Positions 59,647 to 64,000 of a stretch of DNA of 64,000 nt are shown one piece after another. The first letter of the stretch is position 1; every line of letters begins with the position of its first letter. The position numbers and the translations under genes are program-made. The stretch comes from Algoriphagus confluentis (GTDB taxonomy: Bacteria; Bacteroidota; Bacteroidia; Cytophagales; Cyclobacteriaceae). The stretch covers positions 1-64,000 of the forward strand of contig NZ_BTPD01000004.1 of NCBI RefSeq assembly GCF_036245625.1, read 5' to 3'. The notes below the pieces were generated by a model. That model was not told the DNA's origin, ran no database searches, and saw only the letters and a program-made list of their open reading frames with translations.

Positions 59647-62600
59647 TTAGAATGTAAGGGTTAACGTTCCACCCAATCTTCTTGAGCTAGGTCCAGTCAC
59701 GAAATCAAATCCAAGGCCGTTACCAACACCCGTTCCCAACACGTCCACATCAAAGTTCATGTTTGGTGGGAAGTTAACAGCCAAAAACCAAAGGTTAGTA
59801 CCACTAACAGCAATAGAAGCTCTCTTGAAAGGAGTCTTAGACATCAGGTTGTTCGGAAGCTGATAAGCCAAAGATACCTCGCGAAGTCTCCACATTGAAC
59901 CATCAAATATGTTTGGTTCATCTGTTGCTCCTTGATATCCGGAGAAGAAATAGTCAGAAGCAGAAATTTGGTAGTCGTTTGGAATATAGTTCGGAGAACC
60001 ATCTGCCTTTACTCCGTCCTGTCTTACACCTGGCATGATAAAGGTCATTTCACGATCTGCTACTGGGTCCTTGGTAACACCTCGGGCCAAAGTCGCTGTT
60101 ACTGTATTGGAGAATACAGCACCTTTGTGACGGTATTCCACCATGAAGTTGAACGTGAAACCTTTGTAGGTGAAGTTGTTGATCCATGAACCTGTCCACT
60201 GAGGGTTTGGATCACCCAGTTCTACTAAGCCAACTGCTGCCTTGTGCACACCGTTGGAAAGGATGATGGGTTGACCAGCAAACTCCTGACCTTCAGGAAC
60301 TCGGTCGAAACCAAGCCCTTTGATGACGTTAAATGGTCTGCCTGGGATAGCAAAGTTCCCCAAATTGGTAAAACCAGCAACCACGATTTCTTCCAAGCCA
60401 CCACCAAGTTCGGTCACTTCACTTCGGTATTTGGACCAGTTTACAGTTGAATTCCACTGGAAACCAGAGGCAGTAGATATTGGAGTAACTGTTGCCTGCA
60501 ATTCAGCACCACGGGTTCTGATATTACCAATGTTGGTAAAAGTACTTGTAAAACCAGTAGAAGGATCAATAGGGGCTTGGGTAATCAAGTCGTTGGTGTT
60601 TTTCTCATACAAAGAGATATCAAATCTCAACTTGTTGTTGAACATCACGGCTTCCACACCAAATTCCAATTCTCCGATCAACTCCGGTTTAAGGTTTGGA
60701 TTACCCAGCTGATTGGCTACAGCGTGAGTGGCAGTTACCCCATTTCGGTCAAATGCTCGTGCAGTTTGGTTCAAAATGTTTCTTGTTCTGTAAGGAGAAG
60801 GATAACCTGCTGAGGTACCATAACCCAATCTCAATTTCAAGTCATTGACTGTAGAAGAATTCCAGTCAAATGCAGTAGTAGGGATGAAAGAGATAGAAGC
60901 TCCTGGGTAAATAATGCTTCTGTTTTCCGGTTCCAAAGTGGATGTCCAGTCATTTCTGGCAGCCAAATTCAAGAATAGGTAATCAGAATAATCCAAGGTT
61001 ACGTTGGTATAGACCCCGTATCTTCTTTCCTGTACAATGAAGTTCATTCCGCTTCCAGAATAAGCATCATTACTTGATGAGGTAGTAAAGTTGGAGTGAC
61101 GGAACAATCCAAAGGCCAACTGGCCCTGAGAGGCTAGACCTACTTGCTCATAGTCATCAAATCGAGAGTTACCTCCAATTAATGCACTAATGGCAAACTT
61201 TTCAGAGATATCCTTTTTCCAGTTAATGATCAAATCCTGATTCCAAATGGTATTGGCAATGTTGATCGTTCTGTAATATCCGGAAGTGGTTGCCAAGGAA
61301 GAAGAAGGCCCCCCTTTGTTGTATCTCAATTCCTGAACTTCAGAATAAGTATCCAAACCTAAACGATAGGTGATCGAGAAGTTGTCATTGATATCGTAGT
61401 TTACTGAAGTGGAGTTGAAGAAACGGCTTACATCAGAAGAGTTTACATAGTTTCTCACTAACCAGTTCGGGTTAACGATATCATTACCCCCTCTGTAATA
61501 CACGGAGCTTCTGTCCACTGGATTCTCAAAAGGTAATCCAGCCAAATCTACAGATCTAGGTGTGTAAAGCACGTGAGCGAAAACAGAAGGAATACCGCCT
61601 GATGGACCGGAACCGAATGCGGCGTTCACCGGAGGAGTCAACAAGTTGGTGATTGCATAGGTAAAGGAAGAATTCACAGAAAGCTTATCTGTGATGGCAG
61701 AGTTGATACCCAATCCGAAGTTGAATTTCTCCAAATCGTTACCTGGAAGATATCCTTCTTCGTCTGTGTAGCCAAAGCTGGCATTGAAGCCGGTACGGTC
61801 AGAACCACCTGCAATCTGAACGGAAGTATTGGATACCAATCCAGTTCTGAAGAATACTTCCGATGGATCCGCATACGCTTTGTACTCGTACTGTACAGGA
61901 GTACCGCCTACGATACCATCTACCCAAAACTCAGGGAATGCATTTCGGATAGCCGCAACAGAAGAAGTAGCATAAGGGTGATTAACGGTAAGCCCTTGAT
62001 CCATTCTCGGTCCAAAGTTGGAGAAGAAAAAGCCCGGAGCCTGTTGGAAACCATTTCCATAAACTTGACCGTAGGTTGGCAAAGAAGCCGCCTCATTGGC
62101 AAAGAAAGATTGGTTTACCGTTACTTCAGCTGCTTTTCTTTTGGATGCACCGGATTTGGTCGTAATCAAAATTACCCCATTCCGGCCTTGGTCCCCGTAA
62201 AGTACAGTTGCAGAAAGTCCCTTCAATACAGACATACTCTCGATGTTGTTTGGATCAATGTCCAAGAATCGGGAAGAAGTCGCAGCACCACCTGTGGTGA
62301 ATCCGTTGGCGTTGTTGGTGCTGGTGTTGAAAGGAACACCATCTACTACGAATAGCGGCTGGTTAGAACCAGTGGCAGAAGAATAACCTCTAATTACCAT
62401 GTTGGTACCAGAACCAGACATCCCGTTGGTGGAGGTGATATTCACACCCGGCACTTTGCCTTGCAATACCCGAGCTACGTCAGCCTCAGGCCGATTTTCT
62501 AGCTGCGAGTTGTCCACTGAGGTTACTGCGTAACCCAGTGCTTTCTTTTCTCTTTCGATACCGATCGCTGTCACTACCACTTCGGATAGTTGAGACGCAT

Positions 62601-62898
62601 CGGTCGTCAGAGTGACATTCACTACGGATCGGTTGCCGACTGCCTCCTCGACGGACTTCAGTCCGACAAAGGAGAAGATGAGAACATCTGATCCCGCAGG
62701 TACATTAATGGAATAATTACCATCCAGATCGGTGGTAGTTCCCACTGTTGTACCCTTGACGAGAACAGTTGCTCCTGGCAACCCTAGTCCGTCTTCCTCG
62801 GAAATTACCTTGCCGGTAATTACCCGTTGTTGCGCCGACACCTCATAACTGAGGGCCATGGTGAAAAGCGCAACAACAAAGAGTAAAGCTTTTCTCAT
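59647..62898 (-). CDS. susC: SusC/RagA-family TonB-linked outer-membrane protein
   Basis: 1083 aa with a signal peptide, a CarbopepD_reg-like start ITGKVISEEDGLGLPGATVLVKGT..GTTTDLDGNYSI, a plug, a large barrel and a C-terminal ...TLTF. Confidence 0.85.
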   Translation of the reverse strand: MRKALLFVVALFTMALSYEVSAQQRVITGKVISEEDGLGLPGATVLVKGTTVGTTTDLDGNYSINVPAGSDVLIFSFVGLKSVEEAVGNRSVVNVTLTTDASQLSEVVVTAIGIEREKKALGYAVTSVDNSQLENRPEADVARVLQGKVPGVNITSTNGMSGSGTNMVIRGYSSATGSNQPLFVVDGVPFNTSTNNANGFTTGGAATSSRFLDIDPNNIESMSVLKGLSATVLYGDQGRNGVILITTKSGASKRKAAEVTVNQSFFANEAASLPTYGQVYGNGFQQAPGFFFSNFGPRMDQGLTVNHPYATSSVAAIRNAFPEFWVDGIVGGTPVQYEYKAYADPSEVFFRTGLVSNTSVQIAGGSDRTGFNASFGYTDEEGYLPGNDLEKFNFGLGINSAITDKLSVNSSFTYAITNLLTPPVNAAFGSGPSGGIPSVFAHVLYTPRSVDLAGLPFENPVDRSSVYYRGGNDIVNPNWLVRNYVNSSDVSRFFNSTSVNYDINDNFSITYRLGLDTYSEVQELRYNKGGPSSSLATTSGYYRTINIANTIWNQDLIINWKKDISEKFAISALIGGNSRFDDYEQVGLASQGQLAFGLFRHSNFTTSSSNDAYSGSGMNFIVQERRYGVYTNVTLDYSDYLFLNLAARNDWTSTLEPENRSIIYPGASISFIPTTAFDWNSSTVNDLKLRLGYGTSAGYPSPYRTRNILNQTARAFDRNGVTATHAVANQLGNPNLKPELIGELEFGVEAVMFNNKLRFDISLYEKNTNDLITQAPIDPSTGFTSTFTNIGNIRTRGAELQATVTPISTASGFQWNSTVNWSKYRSEVTELGGGLEEIVVAGFTNLGNFAIPGRPFNVIKGLGFDRVPEGQEFAGQPIILSNGVHKAAVGLVELGDPNPQWTGSWINNFTYKGFTFNFMVEYRHKGAVFSNTVTATLARGVTKDPVADREMTFIMPGVRQDGVKADGSPNYIPNDYQISASDYFFSGYQGATDEPNIFDGSMWRLREVSLAYQLPNNLMSKTPFKRASIAVSGTNLWFLAVNFPPNMNFDVDVLGTGVGNGLGFDFVTGPSSRRLGGTLTLTF

Positions 62899-63294
62899 AA
62901 GGTATTTAGTTTAGTTGATCCGTAAAGAAAATTTATTCTTTTTTAATTTCAAAAGCGGTAAAAAATTCGTCTAAGCGGAAGAAAAAGCTAATTATTTGGT
63001 GCAATACCCTATTATTAACAATATTTAACTGCGAAAGCCATATTTTTTAAAATTAGCGAAACAATATTTTGAGAAATCTCGAAAAAGTGAAAAAATAAAA
63101 AAAAATTGAAATCGAAAAAAAACTCAAAATGTCTGTCTTTTTTTGAAAAATGTGCCGAATAGAGTGAAAAAATTCACTCAAATCGTATTTTTCAATATAA
63201 AATTTTGCTTTAGGTCAATTTTTAAAAATCAGATCCATCCTTTTTTCGGAAAACAAAATATTTGATTCCTTTTTGAACAGTATTTTTTGTTTTT

Positions 63295-63338
63295 TTTGAA
63301 AAAAATGAAAAAACCGGTTGATTTTTTAACCGGTTTTC
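63295..63338 (-). terminator. Rho-independent terminator of the 63344-63901 gene
   Basis: Minus-strand hairpin AAACCGGTT-aaaaaatc-AACCGGTTT followed by TTTCATTTTTTTC. Confidence 0.6.
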
Positions 63339-63343
63339 CAATT

Positions 63344-63901
63344 TTAGAAGGAATATCTTAACGTAAAGGCTATTTCATCCCACCAGAGATCAGTGAAGTC
63401 AACAAAATTATATGCGGGCTTCCAATCTAGACTTAAATAGAAATTAGTATTATAAAAATTATACTCTAAACCTACAATTGCATCTACTCCAAATGCCCTG
63501 TAATCTTCCGTTCCTTTGTAAACCCAAGGAGGTTCTGCTTTGGGTTCTTTCCAGATTCCGTAGTGTACCCCTCCCCCGAAATACCATTCCATTCCACGAA
63601 ACTCACGAATGTCCCTATGGTACTCGTAAAGCAGACTGGCATTCCATCCTTTCCATCGATTAAAGACCATCAATTCCAAGGCGGATTGGTCAGATACAAA
63701 ATGCTTCACCGACCCACCAATCGAGGTCCCAGCCCGAACGCCAACCATGGTGTTGTAATCCCTGAAGCTATACTGCGCTTGGGAAATCAGGGTGGTAGAA
63801 CAATAAAAAAAAGTGAATATCCAAAATCGGAAGAGCGCTGAATGATTCAAGGGGTGAATGTTTAGGAAGAAAAAGTAAAGATTTTTTCCGGAGTTACGCA
63901 A
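63344..63901 (-). CDS. Putative outer-membrane beta-barrel protein
   Basis: 185 aa with a signal-like hydrophobic N-terminus, alternating aromatic/hydrophilic beta-strand pattern and a C-terminal ...TLRYSF. A terminal aromatic residue is typical of OM barrels. Confidence 0.4.
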   Translation of the reverse strand: MRNSGKNLYFFFLNIHPLNHSALFRFWIFTFFYCSTTLISQAQYSFRDYNTMVGVRAGTSIGGSVKHFVSDQSALELMVFNRWKGWNASLLYEYHRDIREFRGMEWYFGGGVHYGIWKEPKAEPPWVYKGTEDYRAFGVDAIVGLEYNFYNTNFYLSLDWKPAYNFVDFTDLWWDEIAFTLRYSF

Positions 63902-64000
63902 TAATCCAAGGAAACATCGTGTGGTTCAGCTTCAATTTTTCCTTCGGGAGGAAAAAAACTTAAACCCATTTTTATTACCGGATGATCCATGCTTCCCAAA

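Noticed and set aside
1-64000. CRISPR arrays, rRNA genes, integrons, invertible promoter switches
   Set aside because: Scanned for regularly spaced direct repeats of 25-40 bp and for rRNA-like conserved blocks. None were found. The only regular repeats are the REP-like arrays around the RAYT gene.

Overview
This 64 kb window reads as a Bacteroidota chromosomal segment. Evidence for the phylum assignment: a SusC/SusD polysaccharide-utilisation locus, a T9SS C-terminal sorting domain, short GIY-YIG proteins, and PD40/BNR/FG-GAP surface proteins. It may be Cytophagia- or Cyclobacteriaceae-like, but that is low-confidence. About 50 protein genes are supported. Housekeeping genes include murF, clpB, sucA-sucB-lpd, an M19 dipeptidase, an S9 peptidase, an acyl-ACP desaturase, pirin and an M20 amidase. 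Membrane and transport genes include an NfeD-flotillin operon, a CPA-type antiporter, a CaCA exchanger, two TonB-dependent receptors and the SusC/SusD pair. Accessory content is scattered. There is a tandemly duplicated GIY-YIG gene with tRNA-like remnants. There are two paralogous antitoxin+PIN toxin modules and a ParDE module. A REP-associated tyrosine transposase (RAYT) is flanked by arrays of palindromic REP-like repeats. The best candidate for an undescribed system is a translationally coupled four-gene operon at 44009-46766 on the minus strand. It encodes three mutually paralogous proteins of unknown function (recalled from memory as DUF2589-like) and a small zinc-ribbon protein. A second unknown three-gene operon is built around a P-loop protein at 20888-22303. 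No rRNA, CRISPR array or convincing intact tRNA was seen. Product calls come from reading motifs in the translated ORFs. No database search was run.
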